DNA from: Octopus sinensis
Lineage: Eukaryota
Assembly: GCF_006345805.1 (NCBI RefSeq)
Contig: NC_043001.1
Span: 69,626,001 to 69,690,000 of the forward strand
Direction: 5' to 3'
Length of the DNA stretch: 64,000 bases
Shown here: piece after piece, positions 51,636 through 64,000 of the stretch
How positions within the stretch are numbered: the stretch's first letter is position 1
Layout of the letters: every line of letters starts with the position of its first letter
Position numbers and translations under genes: made by a program
Notes under the pieces: generated by a model
What the model was told of the DNA's origin: nothing
The model's database searches: none
The model's input: only the letters and a program-made list of their open reading frames with translations

Positions 51636-52300
51636 ATTGGTTTAAAATTTTGACACAATGCCAGCAATTATGCGGAGGAGTAAGTCGATTACCTCTACCC
51701 AGTGCTCAACTGATACTTATTTTAAGAAGCTCGAAAGGATGAAAGGATAAAAACCGACCTCGGTAGCATTTGCACTTAGAACGTAGAGACAGGCAGGATG
51801 CCGTGAAGTATTTTTATTTCGTTTTACTCGCTAAACTTTTTGCCAGCTTGGCCCCATAAACCAGCATATTTTAATATTAAATAAAGTGTAAGGCATCAAA
51901 CTGGCGGAAGTACTAGGGGACAGTCAAAATACTCAGCCGTATTTCCTCCGACGTTACGTTCAAATTCCGCCGGGGTCGATTTCGACTTCCGTTCTTTCAG
52001 GATCCATACAATATATATTATGTGCACACTGGACTCAATGTAATCCACTTACTTTCATTCCCAAATTACTGACCTTGTGCCACAGTTTGAGACCAACATT
52101 ACATGAAGCTTTCTGGTGGCACACTGGCAGATGAGTTTGCATGACTGGAAAAGTCGTAGCGGCTTCTCTTCGGGTAACTTATGCTGTGAGTCTGCCGAGG
52201 TGAATTTTGCTTTAAACATTTCAGTCAAAAATAAGTAACAGCCAAGTACATTGATCGATGTAATAGACTTGCAGACACCCTCCAAATTTCTGTCCTCCAG
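51636..52300. mobile_element. Cluster of three degenerate SINEs of the 37317 family (first on -, next two on +)
   Basis: cgaaaggatgaaagg...gacctcgg (-); ttacgttcaaattccgccggggtcgattt (+); tgctgtgagtctgccgaggtgaattttgc (+). Confidence 0.7.
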
Positions 52301-52534
52301 CTTATAGCAGAAAGAACGTTTAATAAAGCGGTAATATGCCTTAATTTTAAAGGCAGAAAGAATCGTGGTATATTGTAATATAATCTGCAATCTAAGGTCA
52401 ACTCCCACATTGACCAATTTCGCATTTTGTTCCTTCAGTCATTTATTAGTAACTCAGACAGACAGACAGACGAAGACACACAAGCACACTTACACAAACA
52501 CACGTGTGTGCATGTGTTTTTATGTGTATGTACA

Positions 52535-52647
<113 letters not shown>

Positions 52648-53356
52648 CATGGATTTAGGAAAATCGTTAGATTTAAAAATTATTAGATCATGTGCGCATA
52701 TTAGTATTTATATTCAAAGCCCTAAAAGTTGTAAAATATGCATATATGTACGTATGTATGTATGTATGTATGTATGTATGTATGTATGTATGTATGTATG
52801 TATGTATGTATGCATGTATATACGTATGTATGTATGTATGCATGCATGTATGTATTATGTATGTGTGTGTGTGTATCTATATATATACATGTACCTATAA
52901 ATATTTTATATTTCTGTTCCTCGATATTTTCTTTGCCTTATGGTCCATATAATTAAATGTTTCTCCTTCTGTGACCTCATTTCTTTCTTCCAATATATGT
53001 TGCTATAGGCAATCAGTCATATGAACTATGTTCAATACGGTCTTATAAAGTACTGTTTGCGTCTCTCTCTATATATATATGTATACATGCACACATATCT
53101 CTGGGTTTGTCTGTATGCATGTATGTTTGTGAAACATACAAATACATATATAGACGCACACGCATACACGGATGGACGCGTTCACAGACACACACTTACA
53201 CACGTAGAGACACAGACACACGCACACACACATGTATCTCGGTATTCAAAATTGAAATTTTATCTCGCGACAATTATTTCAGTAAACCATATAACTTGCA
53301 ACACGTATTCACCGCTTCCGATCAACACAATTAAATGTCTGCATATACGTGTATGT

Positions 53357-53408
<52 letters not shown>

Positions 53409-53479
53409 CAAACATATGTATATATATATTACAAATAGATAATAAAAATAAATAAATATATATATATATATATACACAT

Positions 53480-53531
<52 letters not shown>

Positions 53532-54590
53532 ATGTATATACACATATGCAAATATGGGTATAGGGTGTCACTAACGGGGCAAATAATATGAAATACGTGA
53601 ACAACGGGGAAAATGGAAAGCAGGACAAGTTAACACAGAGAAAAGACCCTCCATGAGTTGTCGGCTCTTTATCTACTCCCCATTTCGAGCATTCAACGAC
53701 AATATAAGTCTTGAAAGACGGTTGCTCACAGAAATTCTAAAATAATATTTAGGATTTATGGAGGATCACATTTAGGAACAGAAAATGATAGTGAGAACAT
53801 ACAAGGAAACCGAACGAAAACAAACTTGGAGTGTTGTCAGTCCAGAAAGTGATGAAAACAGGGAACGCTAGGGAAAGCATTTGTTTGAAGAGAGAAAGAT
53901 AAAAGAAAAAAGGCACGTCTGCTCGTTTAAACGTTCGTGCAGGAAAAGAAAGATGGTCAAGTGAGGAAAAGAAAGATGGACGATGGTCAAGAGTGAGCAA
54001 CGAGAGAGAGAGAGAGAAAGAGAACGAGATAGAGAGAGACAGATAGAGAACGGTGAATGAAGGAGTGGTAGACAAAGGGAATTAGAGAAGGACGGAGTAC
54101 AAAACAGTACAGAGTAGAGCGTCGCATCAAAACTTAATTGGAAATGGATGCGTTGCGTTTAATTAAACAATAAATAATGAAAATAGTATATAATATATAC
54201 ACTTTTACTACTTTCAGCCATGCGGTCGTGGTCATGCTGGAGCACTATAGGTGTGTGTGCGTGCATATATAGTTACAGGACGTCCAAACGGTGCAAATAA
54301 CATGAAATACGTAAACAACGACAAAAAACGGAAACCAGAACAAGTTAACACAGAGAAAGGACATATCATCAGTGGTTGGGTGCCTGTCTACTCCTCATTT
54401 TGAGCATTGAACTACAATATGAGTCTTCACAGACGTTTTACTCACGTCTGCTTACGTATTTCATGTTAGTTGCGCCGTTGGTGACATCCTATACACAGAC
54501 ATGTATATATATATATGTATGTGACCTCGTGAAGACTACCTGCAATTTTTTTCCTCTGTCCTCCCGTCTCGGGATCTTTCTTTCTCCTAT

Positions 54591-54625
54591 GTTTCCGACG
54601 AAGAGCTCCGCTCGAAACGTCATAC
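54591..54625 (+). ncRNA. Minimal hammerhead motif with CCGACGA core and extra A before stem II
   Basis: gttt-CCGACGA-a-gagc-tcc-gctc-GAAA-CG-TC-atac; in a short pyrimidine-rich repeat (54520-54720) ending at (TA)n. Confidence 0.7.
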
Positions 54626-54716
54626 CCTCCTTCTTCCATTTTCCTGAGCGCCTAATAATAATAATACTGTAATTGTTCCACGTGTTGTTGTTTTTTCTGT
54701 TTTCTCGTTTGGATTA

Positions 54717-54780
<64 letters not shown>

Positions 54781-55476
54781 TTGTATAATATCAACTTAAT
54801 GTGACAGTCCCATGAAGGGAATCACACTACTGCTATTTAGCCCTAGGAAGCGGCAATGCTTCCTGTCGACGTTGACACATATCCTGTGTCCTTATGTTTA
54901 CAATGATGTTATTTGCACCATTTGTAATGTCCTGTACCCATATATATATATGTATATAAATATATATAATATATACTATTTATTACCTATATATATGTAT
55001 GTATGCATATATGCATGCATGTATGTATGCATGTTTGTATGAATACCATTTATATATAAGCAAACAAACGCATATCTATCTATCTGAGTATATGTATATT
55101 GAATTAAGAATGAATTTATTTCATACGCACTGTACTATATAGAATAAAAGCCATAACTGAGTAATATTTGAATATATGGAAATATAAGCATGAATAAAAT
55201 CTGTGAAAGAGTGTACCAAGCAGAAAATAACGAATGAAGTCTTTTCACCTGTAGAATTATTGCTATGAATAATTTCTTTGGCGGTAGATATTTTCTTTCT
55301 TCAATGAGTGCACTGTCTTTTTTTTTTTTTTTTTGCTACTGAAATGCTTCCCGAAACGTTAATCTATAAATAGCCATGAGACATGTACGCAAACGTATCT
55401 GCGAGTAAATACAAATGAACTTCAGAAGCACAAACAAACATAGCACACCTATGCATAATACACATACACGCATACA

Positions 55477-55518
<42 letters not shown>

Positions 55519-55542
55519 CACATACACACACAAACACACACA

Positions 55543-55599
<57 letters not shown>

Positions 55600-55992
55600 G
55601 GAGAACGAGATTGAAAGAGAGTAAATGTCTTTGAGTATAAGTAAATGTAGAGATAATGAATACAAAACACAAGAAAAAATCTTCTGAAACCGAATGATTG
55701 TGAAATAAATGAAATATATATATAGCTGGTGGGTAAGATATGATCCTTTTAATTCTTATACTTAGCCTAAACCACAGATAAGTTCCTATAATATCGGTCA
55801 GTCTGTATATACATATATGAGTTATTATGTATACATCTTGTGTATATATACAAAAGAATGCAATTACCAACGTGTATACCTAGTTTAAGTTCCGTTCGTA
55901 TCTCCTATTATAAATCTCCATCGTGATAGTGCGGATGTAGTATCACTTCAAAAGTTTATTGATAAACAAGTGTCTGTCAATAATAATAATGA

Positions 55993-56171
<179 letters not shown>

Positions 56172-58760
56172 TCCTTCATTTATTGACCACTAGGACCTAC
56201 ATATAGGGGACAATACTGTAGACGAGAACAGATATTTCCCCAATAGTGGGATGAACATACAGGGTTGGCTCAGGCACTCCACCAATCCTGAACCACCCGA
56301 TGCTTCAAGCGTACTCGGGAAGGGTACACCTCTCCTCCTAATTCACCAGCCTACAGGTGCATTATCAGATCAGGTCCACTCAGATGCGCCATTTTCGCTA
56401 CACTCACCCACCTTTCAGTAAATGTACTGGAGGTGGGGCATCACTTCTCTCTCCACTCTCATCTTACTTTCCAAGTGAAATTTGAAAAAAGTTGATGAGA
56501 TATTAGCAGAAGAGAAAAGTGTCTGTCTTCAGTCCTTTCAACCCTGTCCCGTTTACAACGTCTTTCGATACTGCTATCAGACAAAGGAAAATCGCCTGCC
56601 CTTCCTGGCCAAAGGTAGGTGGCGGGTCAGTCTTCTCTGTAGGCTCGACCGATAGCATCATCCGTCCTACACATGACAACAAATGTTTGACATAACTCCA
56701 CAAGTCAGTAATGCCTGGATACTGGACGAGTGCGTGCTGAACAGTTTCATCTCTCTGCGCTCATCTCGGGCAGATTGGTCTGACAGTATTTCTGTGCATG
56801 TAGATTTTATCTCGATCTGGCAGTGACCCGGTTGCACTGGCAAGCGATGGATTTCTGGAAGTTATCCACCATCCCAGGTTCCAATGTCCTTCGGAACAGA
56901 CACTCAGTTCGACTTCATCGACTCCCAGCGTCTCTCCGAGTGCGTCATGGCACTTTTTCACAGTTAACTCTCTAAAGAACTCAAGAGTCGATGTTCCACT
57001 AATCACATGGCCCGCATGCTAGAGGGCAGTGAGTGCCTGGCAAAGTTCAAGATACCACTCACTCTGTGTGGGTCTCTTCTTGACGTCGGACAACAGCTTA
57101 GTGAAGGGGACAAGATGAGGAAAGGCCCGAGTGTCGATTTGCTGCATGTTTACAATTTAGGCAGAACATCTGTAGATACCGCCGTCTCAGCACGTGTCTA
57201 CGTATCATTAGCCACGGCATGCCCGGCCCTCCACACAGAGGGTACTGACAGCAGATGAATCGCCTCAACAAGGGAACTTGACCCTTCCGCAAAAGTTTAA
57301 AGAGGCAGCACTCCAGCATGGCGAGGATAGAACGGGGACAAGGCATGACGGTAAGGTGGTAGTAGATGACGTACGGTTGTACGCATTCGCCACCAACGCC
57401 GGACCTTTCAATGACAGCTTCCTCACACCCTGTTTCTGGGTGAGACTGGCAACTCTGTTCGTCACCCCACCCCAGTTCATATCCACCTGGAGGTGGAATC
57501 TAGGGAATGCAGACACGCGCTATTCTTTTTCCCATGTGAGATGGATACATAATGAACTTGCTGGTTTTACGAGAGGTCATTGTGCGCTTTACAGCGTGGG
57601 TTCTTGACTTAAAAAGCATCGAAATGGTGCTATGTTGTTCGCTCCTCGCTAAGTACTCGGTATCATCTTTGATACATCTCAGCGCAGCTTCAATATCTGC
57701 CTATGCTTTTATTGCTGGTCTCTTTGTCTCTGCTGAGATGCCTCTGAAATTAATTGTTTTTCTCCACAACTTCAATTGCCCCTTTCGGGATGATTAAGTT
57801 GGACCAGATTTGCTCATATTTGATGCGTTTCCAGGCTAGGGCCAACATTTCCACTTTACTTGCGAGGTCTATGCTTTAACGTGGTCTCGTTTTGGCTGAT
57901 GCTGCGAAGTGTTCTTTTTGTTTTGGGTAATATTGGTACTGTTGTTCTCGGTGGTGTTGTTGGTGATGGTTTTATTGCCGTCGTTATTGTTGCTACTGTT
58001 TCTGTTGCTGTTTGTTGTGGAGGTGGGTCTTAGGCGCTTTGTGTTGTTTCCACGATCACCGCTACCACTGCTGCCTTCAATTTCTTTTATACTACTGCTT
58101 TTGTTGGTTCTGCTGCCGCCGCCTCTATTGCTATCAATACGACTGTTGCTGGTATTATTACCGTTTTTGTGACTGCTACTACCTGTTGTCTCGTTGCGGC
58201 CTTTGCTGTCTCCACCGCCATCATCAGTACTGCTCCCGTCTCCTCTAATATCGACGCTCGTGTCAATGCTGCTGTTTTTGTTGTAACTGAATTTATAAGC
58301 TCCGCATGCTTTCACATCGATTAGACTGCTATTGTTGTTGTTTTTGTTGTTGTTGCTGTTGTTGTTATTGTTCTTATTGTTGTTGTCACTGGAAATGAGT
58401 GATATGAGGGCGGAAGTCTTCTGTGCGAGGGCTGGTGGGAGAGATAGATGTCCTCCTCGGCGCTTCCATGGTTGCTGACGCCGATGATAAGAGTGTTGAC
58501 GATAGTGTTGATGACGACGCCATCTTGTATGTTTGTATTTTTTAACAGAAGATGGGACGTTTTCTGAATGCAATGGATAAATAAATGAATATATACTGCC
58601 ACTTTCGGAGTAGAAATAGCTGCCGAAAGCCTATCCACAGGTTCTTAGTGTTCTTATTGTCAGTTTATAAGAAAAATTAATAACATATATTTCTACAGAG
58701 AAGGTAAAAAGCACATAACTTAAAAAGCTTGTTCGAAAGAACGTCTTACGTATTCCGCAG
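56172..58760 (-). mobile_element. Internally deleted, decayed Tx1/L1-clade LINE
   Basis: ORF2 C-terminal remnants VRKLSLKGPALVANAY, CPR...ETVQHAL...LWSYVKHLL; AATAAA near the 3' end. The low-complexity region and DIEAALRCIKDDTEYLARS upstream are probably ORF1. No RT core or APE is visible; the 5' boundary is approximate. Confidence 0.7.
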
Positions 58761-58814
<54 letters not shown>

Positions 58815-59338
58815 TAATAATAATATAATAATAATAATAATAATAATATGTTATTAATTCCCTCTGGTCGAACACAAATTCTCTATTCACAAACAATACA
58901 GAACAGCCCTTCCTTAATTTTTCTTAAGCCTAATAGTAGTAAACATCTGAACTTTTTTTGACCGATAGGTGATGGTGGTGATGATGATAATAATGATAGT
59001 AATAGTGCTGATAATCTATCTATCTATCTACACACACACACACTCAAAGAGTTCAACCAACACAAAGAAAGTATTATTTGACAGGCAAGAACTCTGGTGT
59101 TGAAGACAGTCAGCCAGCCAACCACCAAGCCAGCCAACGAGACAGACAGACACTACTGTGATGGTGATAATGATAAAAAAACAAAAATAACAATAATAAG
59201 ATACTGCTGTAACTACACATAAAACAATATCATTGATGATGATGGTGGTGATGGTGATGGTGATGATGATAATGATGATGGTAATGGTGGTGATAATGAT
59301 GATAGTGTTGGTAAGGGTGATGATAATAACAATAATAA

Positions 59339-62300
59339 GCCGACTACGGCTGCTATAATGGTACGATTATAATTGTAACGGCAATGATGGCCGTCTCCTC
59401 ACGAGCCAATCAAAGCTAAAAAATGATAACATTGTCGTAGCACCAAAATGTTTTTGGAAACTAAAAGGAAAACTAAATCAGTATACCAAATCGCTTGTCC
59501 TATGGTTAATCTGGAAGCGCGTCCCCCAGGGAAGAGCCAGCCTGGGATCGAAAAGTCATCAACTGGCACAAACTCTTCTCCGAATACGGACATGGATGGT
59601 CACTTGAACGGGAAATCCCCCAACTCGAGCCCTCCAAGTTCACCACCACAACCACCACAGAAAGAAAAATGTAAGCGGAACAAATGGACCCGAGAAGAGT
59701 ATAAAGAAGTAATATACGCTTATTACTATGCATTAGGTAGGCCATCTCAAGAGAGACACACCGCAAACTCTTACAGTATATGGAGAACACGGAATCAAGA
59801 CAGTAGGCCCTATTTGGACGAGAACAAATTAGCAAATGTGAGGAGGGATATCCTTAGAAATAACAGACTCACAGACAGTGAAATAAGCGCGATCAAGCAC
59901 GCAACGGAAAATGACATAAATATAAGACACAAAGGAAATGAAGAATCAGATGAACAGTATAGCCCGCCACGAGGCTTAATTGAAAGACTGCCATCTGACC
60001 AAAGTACGCAAAGGCCTGAAGATACAAGAAATTCTATTGTACCTGTTAAAGATAGCCAGGAAAACGAAAAAACAACAGTAACTGAAGATCTCGCATTTGC
60101 TGAAGAACACAGAGAGTCTATGGCAGAAATGAGGCAGAAAATCCTGAATACGCTTGAAGTTGTAAGACATACAAGTATGAATGATAGAGAACCACTTCAT
60201 AAACTCTCAAATACAAACCAAAATAAAAAACAAATCCAAATTGGCAACTATGTAACAAATGAAATAATACGAGAATTAAAACCTGATTTTACTGAGTTAA
60301 ATGAAATTATTTACGCTTCTGCTAGGGCAATTGAAACCAGCTGTATGCCCCCGAAAAAACAAAGAAAACAAAACTGGGAAGAATTCAAACCTGGAGAAGT
60401 AAACTTGAAAAAGAGATTGAATTTATGAGAGGAGAAATATCAATATTAAATGAACTAATATGTGGAAATGATGTAAGATCCAGAACAGGAAGAAAGATGA
60501 AGAGAAAATTTGGATCCTCACCAAGAGAAGAACTGATATCAATAAAAGAAACGCTGAAACAAAAAGTCCAAGCAAAAGCCCAAAGAATACGAAGATCTGA
60601 GAAGAGAAACAAGTTTTACAAGCAAAATAAGCTGTTCACATCCAATGCCAAAAAATTCTACAGAGAAATAGGGAAGGAGAAAGTAACCCTCCTCCCATAG
60701 AAGAAGTTCAAAACTTTTGGAAAAGGATTTGGAGTGACAAGAAGACGTACAACATAAATTCAGACTGAATTATACAAACTGAAGGATCCTACCAAAATTT
60801 ACAACAAGCATGGGAAGACATCACAATAGCAGACCTAAGAAAGGCACTCACGAAGGCCCATAATTGGAAATCCCCCGGTAAAGATAGGGTGCCGAATTTC
60901 TGGCTCGCATCGCTCCCATGCGCACACGGTAAGCTAGTTCAGCTGCTCAATGGAATTATGAGAGACCCAAAGAAAATACCTGAATGGTTAGCAAGTGGCA
61001 TTACTTACCTACTCCCAAAGAATAACGAAACCAACCTTCCAAAAAACTATCGGCCTATAACCTGTCTATCCACCACGTATAAAATCCTAACATCTATCCT
61101 GGCGGAGAAAACATATGCATTCATGGAGAAGAACGATATTTTCCCCATCGAACAAAAAGGGTGCCACCGAGTCTCTTACGGATGCAAAGATCAACTGCTA
61201 ATCAATCGTATGATCCTTGAGAACTGTCACAACAAGCGCAGAAATCTCAGCACCGCATGGATTGACTACAAAAAGGCCTTCGACAGTATACCGCATCCAT
61301 GGATCTTGAGGTCGCTGGACATCTTCAAAATTTCCCCTGTGATTTCAAACTTCCTGAAGCACAATATGTCGTTGTGGAATACGAATCTCCAATTATACCA
61401 CTCTAATGGAGTACTTGCCTCAGAAAATATAAACATCAACTGTGGAATTTTTCAAGGTGACTCACTTTCACCTTTAATATTCTGCATAGTGAATTAAACA
61501 GAACAGGGTATGGGTATAAAATTGCCAATAAAAAAATAAGCCATCTATTTTATATGGATGACTTAAAACTTTATGGTAAAGGCAATAATGAACTTGAAGG
61601 CCTATTGCGCACCGTGAAAGCATTCAGCGATGACATCGGGATGGAGTTTGGACTTGAGAAGTGTGCCAAGGCCACTTTCCAGAAAGGGAAAGTGAAGACC
61701 ACAAATTCAGCCGTGTTAGATGTTGACACAGTCATAAGAGAGCTTGAGCAAGAACAAACATACAAATATTTAGGGATAAATGAAGGCTCTGGTATTCAGC
61801 ATGCAAGCATGAAAGAGAAAATCAGGAAGGAATGTTATAGGAGAGTTCGTGCAGTCCTGAAATCTGAACTAAATGCACGTAACAAGGTGTTAGCTATAAA
61901 TTCCTTAGCAGTTCCAGTTGTTACTTATAGCTACAATGTGTTGAACTGGAATATGAGTGAAGTAAAGAATATAGATAGAAAAATACGCAAGCTGCTGAGT
62001 TGTAATAGGATGCACCACCCAAAGGCAGACGTAGATCGCCTTTACCTTCCCAGAGCCCAAGGAGGTCGAGGCCTGATCCAATTTGAACTAGCTTACAAAA
62101 CAACCACAATTGAACTGGCCAAATATCTCGAAATATCGAATGACTGGATGCTAAAGCTCGTGGAAAATCACAAGAGACGAAAGAAGCTTCATTCTATCAT
62201 AAAGGAAAGCAAAACATTTGCTATTGATCTCGTGCAGGATACCCAAACTGAACAACCCGAGGGAAGTACGGCAACTATTGTTGCAAAGAAGGTGAAAATG

Positions 62301-63260
62301 ATGGCAATGAAAAAAGCGCACGAGCAATTGGCTGATAGATGGGAGGAGAAACCTCTGCACGGCAAATATGTGACCCGCAGCAAACAAGCTGATGTTGACT
62401 AGAAGCAAACCCATCAGTGGCTACGGAGCTCAGGGCTAAAAGCAGAGAGCGAAGGTTTCATCCTGGCTGCTCAAGATCAAAGCCTATTAACCCGGAACTA
62501 CCAGGCCAATGTGATGAAAAATGGAGCAGACCCAAAATGCCGATTCTGCAACTACATGATTGAAACAGTGGACCACCTAATCTCTGGATGTAAAGTCTTA
62601 GCACCAGTGGAGTATAAATTAAGACATGACAGAGTTGGCCAATATCTCCACTGGCTAATAAGTCGGCATTACAATATCAAAACTGCCGACAAGTGGTATA
62701 ATCACCACACTGAGGCTGTAACTGAAGGAGAAAATGTAACCATTCTGTGGGACTTTACAGTACATACAGACCGAACCATCAAGGCCAATAAACCAGATAT
62801 TGTTGTGAAAGACCAAAACAATAAACTTTGCTTATTGATCGACATGAGCATCCCCTGTGATCATAATATCTCAGCGAAAGAGTTTGACAAGCTCAGAAAA
62901 TATAAAGACCTACTCATTGAAATTGAGAAAATGTGGCATCTCAAGGCGGTTACAATACCAGTGATCGTAGGAGCACTAGGAATGATCGAGAAGGGAACCG
63001 AAAATTATATGAGAATGATCCCTGGCTTACCATCCCTGCAAGAAGTGCAAAACATTGTCTTAACTGGTACATCACACGTATTTAGAAGAGCATTGTCGAT
63101 GTGAGAACTGTTGCTGCTCATGTATTTAAAAAAAAAAAATGAACGAACTACTGAGTTTGGTTTAATGGCCTACCAATGTATACTATGAGTTTCTTTGCCC
63201 TAGGAGTCGGGAAGACACTCGGCAAGAAATGGAAGCAAATTTGAAAGAAGAAAAAAAAAA
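59339..63260 (+). mobile_element. Near-full-length, disrupted R4/Dong element (family D)
   Basis: N-terminal KWTREEY...YY...WRTRN...KLANVRRDIL; RT WIDYKKAFDS, GIFQGDSLSPL and YMDDLKL; CRFC...ETVDHLISGC; RHD; KPDIVV...IDMSIP...KLRKYKDL; ORF split into 59448-60428, 60425-60700, 60889-61497, 61554-62402 and 62511-63104; (TAA)n tail. Confidence 0.95.
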
Positions 63261-64000
63261 GTAATAATAATAATAATAATAATAATAAAATTAATAATAA
63301 TCTATTATAATCATGAGCTTGTTTGTAAGTTGGTCTGAAATCACACAATAAGGAAGTAAAAAGAAGAGACACAATGGCAATAACAATGAGAGAGGGAGTG
63401 GTAACAAACTGCGCCTCTGGACCTCTCTCTCTCTCTCAACAAAAGCCTTTTCACTTTATTGATGGGCGCTGCCTTTCTCTCTTTCTCTCTCTCTCCGTCC
63501 CTATCTCCAGAAGCACACACACTCTCTCTTTTTCACTCTCTCTCTCTCTCTGTTATATCTCTCCCTCTCTTTCTCTCTGAACAACAACCTTTTCATATTT
63601 ATTCGACGAATGCTGATTTTTTCTGATAAACATTAATAACAATATATAAGATAAGTAAATACGATTTTTACACCTCAAAATTATTTCTTCTGTATCTCTA
63701 TGGATTGTTGACTGTTCTGGAAGCTTTGTATACTTAAAAAGTTGCAAAGTTAATAGAATATAAGATAAGTAAAAAATTAGTAATTTTTCAGTCATAAAAT
63801 TAAAATATTGTCTATTGAAAGAAAGCTTCATCATATTATGTTTAAAGAAAGCTAAATATAAAAGGAAGGTAATTATAAATATGTCAAACGTACAGGCCAT
63901 AAGTTCGTGATCGCTGTAGTTGACGTACGTAAATTGTGGACACTTAGCTATATCTTTATCAGACCTTCTAATAAAGATTCTAAGTAAGATCTAGAAGAGT

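Noticed and set aside
53640-54440. Possible minus-strand hammerhead in the duplicated 53556/54274 repeat
   Set aside because: GAAA and CTGATGA-like words occur, but I could not build consistent stems in both copies.
57869-58573. 234-aa N/S/T-rich ORF as a host gene
   Set aside because: Low complexity and lies within the Tx1-like element.
59339-59450. HDV-like ribozyme at the 5' end of the R4/Dong elements (also 29050-29270)
   Set aside because: Plausible by analogy with R2-group elements, and gtctcctcacgag resembles P3/L3, but I could not complete the nested double pseudoknot by eye; it needs a descriptor search.

Overview
AT-rich, microsatellite-saturated eukaryotic non-coding DNA. The SINE types and repeat landscape suggest a coleoid cephalopod, probably Octopus (inference from recalled repeat families, not a database result). 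I can support no intact host protein-coding gene, and nearly all ORF-track entries are microsatellite translations. Recognisable mobile DNA: five R4/Dong-clade non-LTR retrotransposon copies (RT plus restriction-like endonuclease) from four families, all in (TAA)n/(TGA)n tracts, three of them stacked head-to-tail at 39.9-44.7 kb; an internally deleted Tx1/L1-clade LINE; an RTE 3' fragment; a deleted mariner; non-autonomous Helitrons; many tRNA-derived SINEs; and two decayed Penelope-like (GIY-YIG) elements. The most interesting signal is invisible to the ORF track: about 16 minimal type I hammerhead-ribozyme motifs (8 with intact or plausibly compensated cores) in several unrelated small repeat families beside (TA)n tracts. 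Some occur as fold-back elements with one ribozyme on each strand, some as terminally redundant retrozyme-like units, and they include recurrent non-canonical cores (A3-U8 covariation, U4C, U.U at the base of stem II). Coordinates were read by eye and may be off by a few bases; no ribozyme activity is demonstrated.
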